Source: Vulcanimicrobiota bacterium
GTDB taxonomy: Bacteria > Vulcanimicrobiota > Vulcanimicrobiia > Vulcanimicrobiales > Vulcanimicrobiaceae
Assembly (NCBI GenBank): GCA_963695225.1
Contig: OY968762.1
Span: 2,592,001 to 2,656,000 of the forward strand
Direction: 5' to 3'
DNA: 64,000 nt
Position numbers and translations under genes: made by a program. This document shows, piece after piece, positions 24,506 through 33,802 of the stretch; positions within the stretch are counted from its first letter, which is position 1, and every line of letters starts with the position of its first letter. The notes under the pieces were generated by a model that was given only the letters and a program-made list of their open reading frames with translations, did no database searches and was not told where the DNA came from.

Positions 24506-25896
24506 TCGCAACGTCGGAACCGGATGTCCTGATCGTCGGCGGCGGCCCTGCAGGGCTCGCTACTGCGAAGTATTTGGCCGACGCGGGGAAGAGCGCGCTC
24601 GTTCTCGAGAAGCGCCCCATCGCGGGCGGTATGCTTTCGTCTTGGCGCGACCGCGACGGCGATTGGCTCGAGAGCGGCCTGCATTCGCTGTTCGGCGGCT
24701 ACGATCGCGTCCACCAGCTGCTCGAGGACGTCGGAATCTCGGGCAACGTGCGCTGGCAGCCGCACACGCTCACGTTTGCGATGCCGCCGCATTTCAGCTC
24801 GCGCTTCAACGGCCAGCCGATCTTCGAAGAGTTCGAATTCGTCAACGCGCCCCATCCGCTTCACGGCGTCGGCGCGGTTCTCAAGGGAAAGTACGTCTTC
24901 AATACCGTTGAGAAGCTCCAGTTCGCCAAGGGGACGCTTCCGGTGCTGTTCGGCGATCACGACTACGCGGAACGGCAAGACGATCTGACATACGTCCAGT
25001 GGCACCGGATGCGAGGAATGAGCGAGCACATGCTCCGCACGTTCTTCGCGCCGATGGCGCTCGCGCTGAATTTCACGCCGGCGGATCGGATCTCGGCGGA
25101 AGCGATGCTGCGCGTCTTCGCGTATTTTGCCTCGAGCCGGAACGCGAGCAGGGCCGGCTTCCTCAACGGGCCGCCGTCCTTGATGCTGATCGAGCCGATC
25201 GTCGAACATTTGCGCAAGCGCGGCCAACGCGTCGAGATGGGCGCCGGTGCGGCAGAACTTCTGTTCGAGGGCGATCGCTGCGTCGGCGTACGGACGCGCG
25301 ACGGGCGCACGTTCGGCGGTAAGGTCGTCGTCTTCGCCGGAAGGGTCCACGATGCGGCGCGCCTGCTCCCGGCCGAGATGCTCCGCGACCCGCTCGTCGC
25401 GGGGATCGCGAAGCTCGAATCGAGCCCGGTCATCAACGCGCACCTCTGGTTCGACCGGAAGATCTCGCGATTCTCGAACCTCGTGTTCGGCGCGGGCACG
25501 CTGCTCCCGGTCCATGCCGACCTCGGCCAATCGACGAGCGGGTACGAATGGCCCGACCGCTCGTTCGTCGAGATCTGCGTTGCCCCGGCCGACGATCTTA
25601 TGAAGCTCGACGACGACGCGATCGTCGATCGTATCATGGACGACATGCTGCGCCTGTATCCGCTCGCCACGCGCGAGCACTTGGTCAAGGCGAAGCTCGT
25701 CCGCATTCCCAAGAGCGTCTATCGCGCGAGCCCCGGCGCCGAGCGCCTGCGGCCCGGCGTGCGTACGCCCGTGAAGAACCTGTTGCTGGCGGGATGTTAC
25801 ACGAACATGAAATTCCCGGCGAGCATCGAGGGGGCGACGCGCAGCGCTCAAATCGCGACCGACGCCGCGTTGGAGCTTCTCGGTGTTCGAGCGTAA
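24502..25896 (+). CDS. CrtP/CrtQ-type (PDS/ZDS family) carotene desaturase
   Basis: GGGPAG FAD motif, SWRDRDGDWLESGLH.LFGGY, ALNF, FLNGPP, ASIEGA; adjacent to crtB. Confidence 0.88.
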   Translation: MIATSEPDVLIVGGGPAGLATAKYLADAGKSALVLEKRPIAGGMLSSWRDRDGDWLESGLHSLFGGYDRVHQLLEDVGISGNVRWQPHTLTFAMPPHFSSRFNGQPIFEEFEFVNAPHPLHGVGAVLKGKYVFNTVEKLQFAKGTLPVLFGDHDYAERQDDLTYVQWHRMRGMSEHMLRTFFAPMALALNFTPADRISAEAMLRVFAYFASSRNASRAGFLNGPPSLMLIEPIVEHLRKRGQRVEMGAGAAELLFEGDRCVGVRTRDGRTFGGKVVVFAGRVHDAARLLPAEMLRDPLVAGIAKLESSPVINAHLWFDRKISRFSNLVFGAGTLLPVHADLGQSTSGYEWPDRSFVEICVAPADDLMKLDDDAIVDRIMDDMLRLYPLATREHLVKAKLVRIPKSVYRASPGAERLRPGVRTPVKNLLLAGCYTNMKFPASIEGATRSAQIATDAALELLGVRA

Positions 25897-26779
25897 AGAA
25901 GTGCTCGAAGGCTGCGTCGAGCTGACCGCGGCGGGGACGCCCGAACTCGAGCAGGCATATCGCGCCTGCCGCGAGCTGACGAAGACTGCTTCGAAGACCT
26001 TCTACATGGCGTCGCTCTTCCTCGGCCCCGAGAAACGCCGGGCGATTTGGGCGATCTACGCGTTCTGCCGGACCGCCGACGACATCGTCGACCGGAACAC
26101 GCCCGCAGCGGCTCGCCTGGCCTCCATCGACGAGCTCGAGCGGAAGCTGATCGCGGCGGTGCACGGGTATGCGGTCGAGCCTATCTTCGTCGCCTATCAC
26201 GATGCGACGAAGAACTTCGACGTGCCGCTCGAGCCCGCGCTCGACCTGTTGCGCGGATTGCGGATGGACATCACGATCCGCCGCTATCCCACGTACGAGT
26301 CGCTGCTCGACTATTGCTATCACGTCGCGTCGACGATCGGGTTGCTCGTCGCGCCGGTGCTGGGCTATTCGAACGGCGCGCTCGAGTACGCGGTCGCGCT
26401 CGGCCGCGCGATGCAGTTGACGAACATCCTGAGGGACATCGGTGAGGACGCGCGCATGGGGCGCATCTACCTTCCCTCGGAGGATCTGGCGCGCTTCGGC
26501 TACTGTGAGAGCAACGTCTTCGAGGAGGTCATCGACGACTCGTTCGTCGCGCTCATGCAGTTCCAGATCGCGCGCGTCCGCAAACTGTATGCCTCCGCGG
26601 AGCCCGGAATCGCCCTGCTGGCTCCGGAAAGCCGCTACACGGTGCGGCTGGCGCTCGCGCTCTACTCGCGGATCTTGCGCGCAATCGAATTGAACCGGTA
26701 CGACGTGTTCGGCAAGCGCGCGTACGTCCCGTTCCGTTCGAAGGTCCTGACCGCGATGACCTTAGCGCTCGCGCGCTAA
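25883..26779 (+). CDS. crtB: phytoene synthase
   Basis: SKTFY, YAFCRTADDIVD, QLTNILRDIGED..GRIYLP. Confidence 0.95.
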   Translation: MFERKEVLEGCVELTAAGTPELEQAYRACRELTKTASKTFYMASLFLGPEKRRAIWAIYAFCRTADDIVDRNTPAAARLASIDELERKLIAAVHGYAVEPIFVAYHDATKNFDVPLEPALDLLRGLRMDITIRRYPTYESLLDYCYHVASTIGLLVAPVLGYSNGALEYAVALGRAMQLTNILRDIGEDARMGRIYLPSEDLARFGYCESNVFEEVIDDSFVALMQFQIARVRKLYASAEPGIALLAPESRYTVRLALALYSRILRAIELNRYDVFGKRAYVPFRSKVLTAMTLALAR

Positions 26780-26913
26780 CGAAAACGGGTACGCGCCGGG
26801 TCCGTCTGGCGACGCCCTTCGGGCTCGCGCTCGCCGTCGAGCGAGACGATACGGGCCTGGTCACCGCCTCGTTCGAACGTGCGTCGGCGGTCCGCGGGAA
26901 GATCGCCGACCCC

Positions 26914-27261
26914 ATGCTGGCGGAGGCTGCTTCGCAAGTCAACGCATACTTCAAGCGCCGCCTGCGTCGCTTCGATCTTCCGCTGTCGCTTGCGGGGACC
27001 GCACTCCAAATCGAAGCGTGGCGCGTGGTCGCGCAACTCGAGTTCGGGCAGCTCGTCGCATACTGCGATGTCGCGCGCGCGATCGGGCGGCCCGGAGCGC
27101 ATCGCGGCGTCGCCGCGGCGATGGTGCGCTCCCAACTCGCGTTGTTCGTCCCCGCGCATCGCGTGGTCGGGGCCGACGGCTCGCTGCGCGGGGCGGGGCC
27201 GGGGTCGATGCGGGCCCGATTGCTGGCCTTCGAACGGGGGGAGGCGCACGGCGATACTTAG
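26914..27261 (+). CDS. alkyltransferase-like (Ogt/ATL family) protein; true start possibly further upstream
   Basis: LAGT..Q...W..V..L.FGQ...Y..VA..IGRP.A.RGV, active-site motif VPAHRV. Confidence 0.8.
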   Translation: MLAEAASQVNAYFKRRLRRFDLPLSLAGTALQIEAWRVVAQLEFGQLVAYCDVARAIGRPGAHRGVAAAMVRSQLALFVPAHRVVGADGSLRGAGPGSMRARLLAFERGEAHGDT

Positions 27262-27524
27262 GGGGATTAAGGCCCCCGCCGCAGAGAACATGAATCGCCA
27301 GCCCCGATCGCCCGCCCCGGCTCAGGGCAGAACAGAAGGGCTCGCTGAATCAGGGGAGACGCATGGGTCAATCGCTCGGGTCCCGGGAATTCGCTCCGGC
27401 GGAGGCACACTTAGCCCGGCTTTGGGGCGGAATGGCAGGGCTCTCTCGAACTTCGGTCCAAGCGCAGGGAGAGCGCCCTTTCCTTACTGTGGGCGTGTAC
27501 TTTCCTTCGAGGGCGGCTCAGTAG

Positions 27525-28208
27525 TTGGAACTGTTTTGGAGCCTTCCAAGCGTCTCACTGATCGCGGGCACGAACGATCGCTCGGTCGAGATGCTATTTG
27601 CCGGATCCCCCGTCCGTCGCTTCGACGAGGGTGGCCGGCTATCAGATCCCGACGCTCGGCCGGAAAGAACGTTCCTTTGCCTTAGTGGTACGCTCAAGGT
27701 GACGAAACTGCTGGCGAGCGGCCGTGAGATCTTGATCACGATCCTCCAGGCGGGTTCGATCTGGAGCGACCGCGCCGTTTTGAACGGATACTGGCGCGAC
27801 GTCTTCATCGAGACGATGGAACCGAGCGATATCGTTGCGATCGAGAACGCCGCGTTCGAAGATTATCTCCGTTCGCGTCCGGAACTCGTATCGAGTTTCA
27901 TGGTTCGCATCTCCGAGCAGGTCAGCGACGCGCTGACGCTGCTCGACGATTTCCGCGGCAGGGACGTCGCCTCGCGCCTGGCGAGCGTGCTGATCCGCTT
28001 CTCGAAGCAATATGGGGTCCCGACGGACGACGGGGTTCGCATCGACCTTCCGGTCACGCACCAGGACCTCGCAAACATGATCGGAACGGCGCGCGAAACG
28101 GTCTCTCGCAACATGGGGCGCTTTCGCAAGAAGGGCATGGTTCGAGAAGCCGAAGGGCACGCTTTGGAAATCGTCAATATCGGCGGATTAGAGTCCCTCA
28201 TCGTTTAG
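27525..28208 (+). CDS. Crp/Fnr-family regulator with CRP-like HTH
   Basis: SGTLKV..L..SGRE; HTH THQDLANMIGTARETVSR. Confidence 0.9.
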   Translation: MELFWSLPSVSLIAGTNDRSVEMLFAGSPVRRFDEGGRLSDPDARPERTFLCLSGTLKVTKLLASGREILITILQAGSIWSDRAVLNGYWRDVFIETMEPSDIVAIENAAFEDYLRSRPELVSSFMVRISEQVSDALTLLDDFRGRDVASRLASVLIRFSKQYGVPTDDGVRIDLPVTHQDLANMIGTARETVSRNMGRFRKKGMVREAEGHALEIVNIGGLESLIV

Positions 28209-28272
28209 GCCGCCCGCGCTGGGAGCGCATCCTCTGAGCTCGCCGAAGGGTGAGTTCGTCGAAGGCGCGGGG

Positions 28273-28315
28273 CGTGACAGCCATCACCGAGGGGGCTCGC
28301 GGCCGACGATACGAT
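28273..28315 (+). promoter_or_regulatory. Crp box (CGTGA-cagcca-TCACC) plus -10 TACGAT for bchF2-bchC-bchX
   Basis: GTG-N8-CAC-N22-TACGAT. Confidence 0.7.
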
Positions 28316-28335
28316 CCTCTGTGGAGGCAGAACGC

Positions 28336-28812
28336 TTGCAGGACGCCGGTCAGCGCGCCATGCTCGCCCGCCGGGCGAAGAGTGTATGGACGAAGATCCA
28401 CCCCATATTCGCCATCGGGCAACTGCTGGTGTTCTTCGTGAGCGTCGGGTTGCTCATCGCGTATTTCCGGGGCGCGACCGATTTTTCGAACGTGCACTAC
28501 TCGGTGCTCTTGAAGATCGGGCTGATGGTCGGTGCGGTGATCACCGGCTCCCTCTGGGAGCACGACGTTTTCGGGCATTGGTGGTTTGCTCCGGAGTTCT
28601 TCGTCGAGGATGCCATGACGGCGTTCGTCTTCGCGACGCAGATCGCGTATCTGACGATCCACGCGGTCTATCCGGGAAACCAGAACCTGATCACGCAGAC
28701 GCTGATCGTCGCGTACGTCGTCTATTTGTGTAACGTCGCACAGTATATCCACCGCTGGCAGCGCATGAAGCAAGAGCGAGAACGGCTCAAGAACGTGAGG
28801 CCGGCCGCGTGA
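28336..28812 (+). CDS. bchF: 3-vinyl (bacterio)chlorophyllide hydratase, copy 2
   Basis: WTKIHP..AIGQ, LLKIG...ITGSLWEHDVFG.WWFAPEFFVED; TTG start after GGAGG (alternative GTG 28321). Confidence 0.92.
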   Translation: MQDAGQRAMLARRAKSVWTKIHPIFAIGQLLVFFVSVGLLIAYFRGATDFSNVHYSVLLKIGLMVGAVITGSLWEHDVFGHWWFAPEFFVEDAMTAFVFATQIAYLTIHAVYPGNQNLITQTLIVAYVVYLCNVAQYIHRWQRMKQERERLKNVRPAA

Positions 28813-29810
28813 GCGCGGTCCTCCCGGGCGGGCACGCCGCGCCGCCGCCGATGACGGCGAGCAGCGAGACGGTCCGCGCGGTGGTCTTCGCCGAAGCGGG
28901 GAAGCTCGAGATGCGCACGTTGCGCCTGCGCGAGCCCGCGCCGGACGAGGCGACCGTCGACACCCATTTCTCGTCGATCTCGGCCGGCACGGAGCGCCTG
29001 ATCTTCGGCGGCAAGCTCCCGGGCTTTCCCCACCTGCGCTTTCCGCTCGTCCCCGGCTACGAAGCCGCGGGGATCGTGAGTGCGGTCGGGCCGGACGTCT
29101 CGGGCATTCGCGTCGGCGACGCCGTCTTCGCCGGCGGGAGCATGTGCTATGTCGATGCGGCCGGCGTGTTCGGCGGGCAATCCTCGCGCTTGATCAAGAA
29201 GGCGGCCCAACTCGTCCCGCTCGACGGGATTCCGCTCGAACGGGCTCCGGTACTCGCGCTCGCGGCGACCTCGCTGCACGGCGTGCGGCGCCTCGGCGAC
29301 GTCTCCGGAAAGACGGTCGCCGTCTTGGGGATGGGCGCGATCGGCCAGCTCGCGGCGCGCTTCCTCGGCGCCGCAGGCGCCCGCGTCATCTGCGCCGACA
29401 CGCGGCCGGAGCGGTTGGATGCGTCTCTCGGCGAGCAGCACGATCTCTCCCAAGCTCCGCTCGACCGGTTCGTGCGCGACGCGGACGCCGTCATCGAGGC
29501 GACGGGCCTCTCGCCCATGATCGCGACCTGCGCGCGCGCTTGTAAGCCGGGCGGCAAGATCGTTCTGTTGTCGTATTATGACGAACTCGTAACATCATAC
29601 GTCGACTGCTTCGTAAAGGAAGTCGACCTCCTGGTTGCCAGAGAGTGGTCCCATCCCGATCTGTTGGCTGCGCGCGATGCCATCGCAGCCGGCACCATCG
29701 ACGTTCGCTCACTCGCCGAGCACGTCGTCCCCGTGGATGCCTACGAGCGAGCGTATCGAACCGCGTTCGAGGACCCCTCCGTCCTGAAGGTGATTCTCCG
29801 ATGGGTGTAA
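28809..29810 (+). CDS. bchC: 3-hydroxyethyl bacteriochlorophyllide a dehydrogenase
   Basis: SISAGTERL...FPLVPGYE, GVFGG, AREW motifs; between bchF and bchX. Confidence 0.93.
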   Translation: MSAVLPGGHAAPPPMTASSETVRAVVFAEAGKLEMRTLRLREPAPDEATVDTHFSSISAGTERLIFGGKLPGFPHLRFPLVPGYEAAGIVSAVGPDVSGIRVGDAVFAGGSMCYVDAAGVFGGQSSRLIKKAAQLVPLDGIPLERAPVLALAATSLHGVRRLGDVSGKTVAVLGMGAIGQLAARFLGAAGARVICADTRPERLDASLGEQHDLSQAPLDRFVRDADAVIEATGLSPMIATCARACKPGGKIVLLSYYDELVTSYVDCFVKEVDLLVAREWSHPDLLAARDAIAAGTIDVRSLAEHVVPVDAYERAYRTAFEDPSVLKVILRWV

Positions 29811-30787
29811 GCAAGAACTCTACCGTTGCGATCTACGGCAAAGGCGGCGCGGGCAAGTCGTTCCTGACCAGCGCGATCGCGAAGACGCTGACGGACCGCG
29901 GCAAGAACGTCCTGCAGATGGGCTGCGACCCCAAGCACGACAGCGTCGTGACGCACTTCGGCGGCGCGTTCATTCCGACGGTGCTCGGAACGTGGGCGCA
30001 ATTCCAGAAAGACGGCCGCGAGGAAGAGCTCGCTCCCGAACACATCATCTTCAAGGGTGAAGGCGTGTACTGCATCGAGCTCGGCGGGCCGGAATCCGCG
30101 CGCGGGTGCGGCGGACGCGGGATCACGTTCGGGTTCCAACTCCTCGAGAAGTGGGGCCTCTCGGAGTGGAACTTCAACTACATGCTGCTCGACTTTTTGG
30201 GCGACGTCGTCTGCGGCGGTTTCGGCACGCCGATTGCGCGTTCGATGGCCGACAAGTTGATCATCGTCTGCAGCAACGAAGGCCAGTCGATGTACGCCGC
30301 CAACAACATCGCGAACGCGGTCCGCTACTTCGCCGACCAGGGCGGGAAGACGCGCTGTCTCGGGCTGTTCGTCAACAAGGACGACGGCAGCGGGAAGGCC
30401 GCGAAGCTCGCCGAGTTCCTCGACGTGCCGGTCCTCGCTTCGTTGCCGATCATTCCACAGGATCAAGTGCGCGTCGACGGCGTTCTCAATCCGCTGATCT
30501 CGGCTGCCGTCGAGAAGGTGATCGACGCGATCGATAACCTGCCGGCGCGGTATCCGCAGTTCGTCGACTTTCACAAGTTCATGTGCCATCTGTCCGGGAA
30601 CGCGGCTGAGATGCAGGGCACGGCGGTCACCGGCGACGAGCTCTGGAGCTTGCCCGAGGTGGAGGCGATTCCGAACGGCGGGAAGTTCGACGAGCGCTAC
30701 ATCGAGAGCGAGGACGATGCCGACAAGCTTCTCGTGCCGACCGTAGTCAGCGCCGGAGGCTTCGCGGTCGCAGCAGCCGACTGGTAG
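29801..30787 (+). CDS. bchX: chlorophyllide a reductase iron protein
   Basis: YGKGGAGKSF, GCDPKHDS, ELGGPE..RGCGGRGI..GF.LLEK.G..EW.F...LLDFLGDVVCGGFG.PIAR (BchX rather than BchL signature). Confidence 0.92.
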   Translation: MGVSKNSTVAIYGKGGAGKSFLTSAIAKTLTDRGKNVLQMGCDPKHDSVVTHFGGAFIPTVLGTWAQFQKDGREEELAPEHIIFKGEGVYCIELGGPESARGCGGRGITFGFQLLEKWGLSEWNFNYMLLDFLGDVVCGGFGTPIARSMADKLIIVCSNEGQSMYAANNIANAVRYFADQGGKTRCLGLFVNKDDGSGKAAKLAEFLDVPVLASLPIIPQDQVRVDGVLNPLISAAVEKVIDAIDNLPARYPQFVDFHKFMCHLSGNAAEMQGTAVTGDELWSLPEVEAIPNGGKFDERYIESEDDADKLLVPTVVSAGGFAVAAADW

Positions 30788-30994
30788 CCGCTCCGCGAGG
30801 CGCAAGGCTTTCGGCTTGCCTCGGCAGTGCCGGGAGCAGGCAACGCCCCGTGCATTGCCTGTTCCCCGCACTGCCGTCTAAGTGCAACGGAGCGCGGCAC
30901 GTTCCGTTTCTAAAGAGCGATATCGGCTGAGTGCTGATTAGCGAGTCGTTGCGGCATTAGAGGTGCAGGAGAGCGGAATTGGGAGCGGTCGTTC

Positions 30995-32281
30995 GTGGTT
31001 GATGTCGTTCCGGCTCGTGCGCGGCTGGCGGGGGGCGCTAGCTCGCCGGTGCGGGCGGGGTATGCGGTCGGCGGCGATCCCTTCGTGCAGGCCGAGGGGC
31101 GCGGGGCGTATGCGTATGATGAGGCGGGGAACGCGTACGTCGATTACGTGATGGCCTACGGGCCGCTGTTGTTCGGGCACGCGCATCCCGAGTTCACGAG
31201 CGGCCTCGACGAGATCGCGCGGCGCGGGAGCGTGTTCGGGTCGACCACTCGGGAAGAAGAACGCCTTGCGGAGCGGATCGGGGGGCATCTCCCGTCCATC
31301 GAGGCGCTGCGGTTCGTGAGCACGGGGACCGAGGCGGTCATGAGCGCGGTGCGCGTCGCGCGCGCGTTCACGGGGCGCCCCCTGATCGCTCGCTTTGCGG
31401 GGAACTATCACGGGCACTTCGATCAGGCGCTGCTGGACGCGGGGGCTTCGGCGCTCCAGGGCGCGGGCGGCCGTAGCGGGATCCCGGAAGGGGTGCGGCG
31501 CGATACGCTCGTTGCGCGATTCAACGATCTCGAAGATTTCGACGGCAAGCTCGCGGGTCGGGAAGGCGAACTGGCGGCGATCCTCGTCGAACCCGTCGTT
31601 GGAAACATGGGTTTGGTGCTGCCCGAGGAGGGGTTCCTCGAGGGGCTCTTTGAGCGGGCGCGGGCTTGCGGCGCGCTTGTCGTGTTCGACGAGGTCATCA
31701 CGTGGCTGCGGCTGGGGCTTGGGGGCGGGCAGGGAGCCTGCGGGCTCCGCCCCGACCTCACGACGCTTGGAAAGATCATGGGAGCCGGCTTTCCCCTCGC
31801 GGCGTTCGGCGGGCGGGCCGACGTGATGGCGGCGCTGGCGCCGGTTGGCGCGGCCTTCACCGGGGGGACGTTCTCCGGGAATCCGTTCTGCGTGGCGATG
31901 GGGCACCGCATGCTCGACGCGATCGCAGCGCGGCCGCATCTGTACGCCGGGCTCGAGGCTTTGGCTCGCGCGCTCGCGGAGGGGTTACGGCGGATCTTCG
32001 CGCAACTTTCGCTGCCTTACGCGGTCGTGCAGCATGGGAGCATGGTCGATTTCAAGTTCCGGCCGGGGCCGCCCGCGCGCAATTACGACGAGGCCAGGGA
32101 AAGCGACGCGACGGCGTTCGCCGCCTACTACCACGGGATGCGCTCGCGCGGCGTCCTGCTCGCCCCCTCGCCGAACGAGCTGATGTTCGTCTCCACGGAA
32201 CACGGGTCGCGCGAGTTCGACCGTACGCTCGAAGCAGCCGAATCCACCCTTCGCGACCTTCGTGAAAGGAAACTCGTATGA
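30995..32281 (+). CDS. hemL: glutamate-1-semialdehyde 2,1-aminomutase
   Basis: GGASSPVRA, VSTGTEAVM, YHGH, FDEVIT, TLGKIMG, GTFSGNP. Confidence 0.93.
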   Translation: MVDVVPARARLAGGASSPVRAGYAVGGDPFVQAEGRGAYAYDEAGNAYVDYVMAYGPLLFGHAHPEFTSGLDEIARRGSVFGSTTREEERLAERIGGHLPSIEALRFVSTGTEAVMSAVRVARAFTGRPLIARFAGNYHGHFDQALLDAGASALQGAGGRSGIPEGVRRDTLVARFNDLEDFDGKLAGREGELAAILVEPVVGNMGLVLPEEGFLEGLFERARACGALVVFDEVITWLRLGLGGGQGACGLRPDLTTLGKIMGAGFPLAAFGGRADVMAALAPVGAAFTGGTFSGNPFCVAMGHRMLDAIAARPHLYAGLEALARALAEGLRRIFAQLSLPYAVVQHGSMVDFKFRPGPPARNYDEARESDATAFAAYYHGMRSRGVLLAPSPNELMFVSTEHGSREFDRTLEAAESTLRDLRERKLV

Positions 32282-32565
32282 GCTTGCTCCCGCACGAACA
32301 GGTCCATGCAAGACTTGCGAGCCTCGAAGGCTGGCACTTGATCGGCAACGCGATCGAGCGGACGTTCGATTGCGGCGATTTCGACGGCTCGATTCGCTTC
32401 GTCAACGCCGTCGCGGCGGCCGCGAATGCGGCCGGGCACCACCCCGATCTTCGCATATCATGGAACCGCGTCACGGTCACGCTCAGTTCGCACGATACAG
32501 GCGGCGTCACGGAACGCGATTTCGCGCTGGCCAAGGCGGTCGACGCAGTCGCCGCGGCCGCATGA
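32278..32565 (+). CDS. pterin-4-alpha-carbinolamine dehydratase
   Basis: HHPDL.ISWNRV.V.L.SHD.GGVTERD. Confidence 0.92.
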   Translation: MSLLPHEQVHARLASLEGWHLIGNAIERTFDCGDFDGSIRFVNAVAAAANAAGHHPDLRISWNRVTVTLSSHDTGGVTERDFALAKAVDAVAAAA

Positions 32566-33569
32566 AGAGCCGCGAGATCCGGCTCGCGCGCAGGCCGGAA
32601 GGGTGGCCCTCGGCCGACACGTTCGAGTTCGCGACCGTCGACGTGCCGGCGCCTCGTTCGGGGCAAGCGACGGTTCGCAACATCTACATGTCGGTCGACC
32701 CGTACATGCGCGGCCGCATGAACGACGTGCGTTCGTACGCGCCGCCGTTCAAGGTCGGAGCTCCGCTCGAGGGCTTGGCGATCGGGCAGGTCGTCGCCTC
32801 GGAATCGCCGCTCGAAGTCGGGACCTTCGTGTCGTCGAGTTTCGGGTGGCGCGAAGCGTTCACCGCGCGCGCCGAGACGCTGACGAAACGCGACCCGCAG
32901 CTCGCCCCGCTTTCGGCGTACCTCGGCGTCCTCGGGATCACGGGCTTCACGGCATACGTGGGACTCGTCGAGATCGCCGGGCTCAAGAGCGGCGACGACG
33001 TCTTCGTCTCATCGGCGGCGGGAGCGGTCGGGAGCGCGGCCGGGCAATTCGCGAAGCTACGCGGGGCGCGAACGATCGGGAGTGCCGGCTCGCCTGAGAA
33101 GGTTGCGTTCTTACGCGAGATCGGATTCGACGATGCGTTCGACTATCACGACGGGGACGTACTCCGGCGCCTCACCACGTTCTCGCCGCACGGGCTGTGC
33201 GTCTACTTCGACAACGTCGGGGGCGAACAGTTACGCGCCGCGCTGGCGGCGATGAGGGATTTCGGGCGGATCGCGGTCTGCGGGATGATCGCGGGATACA
33301 ACGAGCCGGTAGCCGGGCCCGACAACCTCGCGCTGTTGATCTCCCGGCGCCTGACGATGCGCGGCTTCATCGTAACCGACCATCTTTCAAAGTACGGCGA
33401 GTTCGTGCGCGAGTTCGCTCCCGCGGTCCGCGACGGCCGTGCCGGCGTCCTGGAGACGATCGTCCAGGGCCTCGACGCGGCGCCGCAAGCGCTCCTCGAC
33501 GTGCTCCGCGGCGGCCAGCACCGCGGAAAACTCCTCGTCCAACTAGCCCCCGACCCCACGCGAAATTAG
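32562..33569 (+). CDS. NADP-dependent oxidoreductase (CurA/PTGR-like)
   Basis: SVDPYMRGRM, AAGAVGS, YFDNVGG, CGMIAGYN. Confidence 0.92.
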   Translation: MKSREIRLARRPEGWPSADTFEFATVDVPAPRSGQATVRNIYMSVDPYMRGRMNDVRSYAPPFKVGAPLEGLAIGQVVASESPLEVGTFVSSSFGWREAFTARAETLTKRDPQLAPLSAYLGVLGITGFTAYVGLVEIAGLKSGDDVFVSSAAGAVGSAAGQFAKLRGARTIGSAGSPEKVAFLREIGFDDAFDYHDGDVLRRLTTFSPHGLCVYFDNVGGEQLRAALAAMRDFGRIAVCGMIAGYNEPVAGPDNLALLISRRLTMRGFIVTDHLSKYGEFVREFAPAVRDGRAGVLETIVQGLDAAPQALLDVLRGGQHRGKLLVQLAPDPTRN

Positions 33570-33590
33570 CCTCATCGGGCTGATCGCGGG

Positions 33591-33750
33591 GCCCGCGGGC
33601 GGGGTGGGGCGACGGTCCCCCGCGGGGACGCCCGCGATTTCGCATCCATGCGAAATCGCTACTCGTGCACTTGCCCGCTCCCGCCATCGTGGCTCCGCGG
33701 GCAAGCTGCACGCCCCGCGGGAGACCGTCGCCCCACCCCGCCCGCTGCCT
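33591..33750 (+). repeat. ~160-bp structured repeat, copy 3
   Basis: core near-identical to 23031-23190 with a different but paired outer stem. Confidence 0.9.
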
Positions 33751-33802
33751 AACCGATAGCAATGGAACTGGCCCGACCTGCCAAGCCCGTGTCCGGCTTC
33801 GC

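Noticed and set aside
29801..30787. Calling this gene bchL or nifH
   Set aside because: GKSF, ELGGPE..RGCGGRG and LLDFLGDVVCGGF signatures plus the bchF-bchC context indicate BchX
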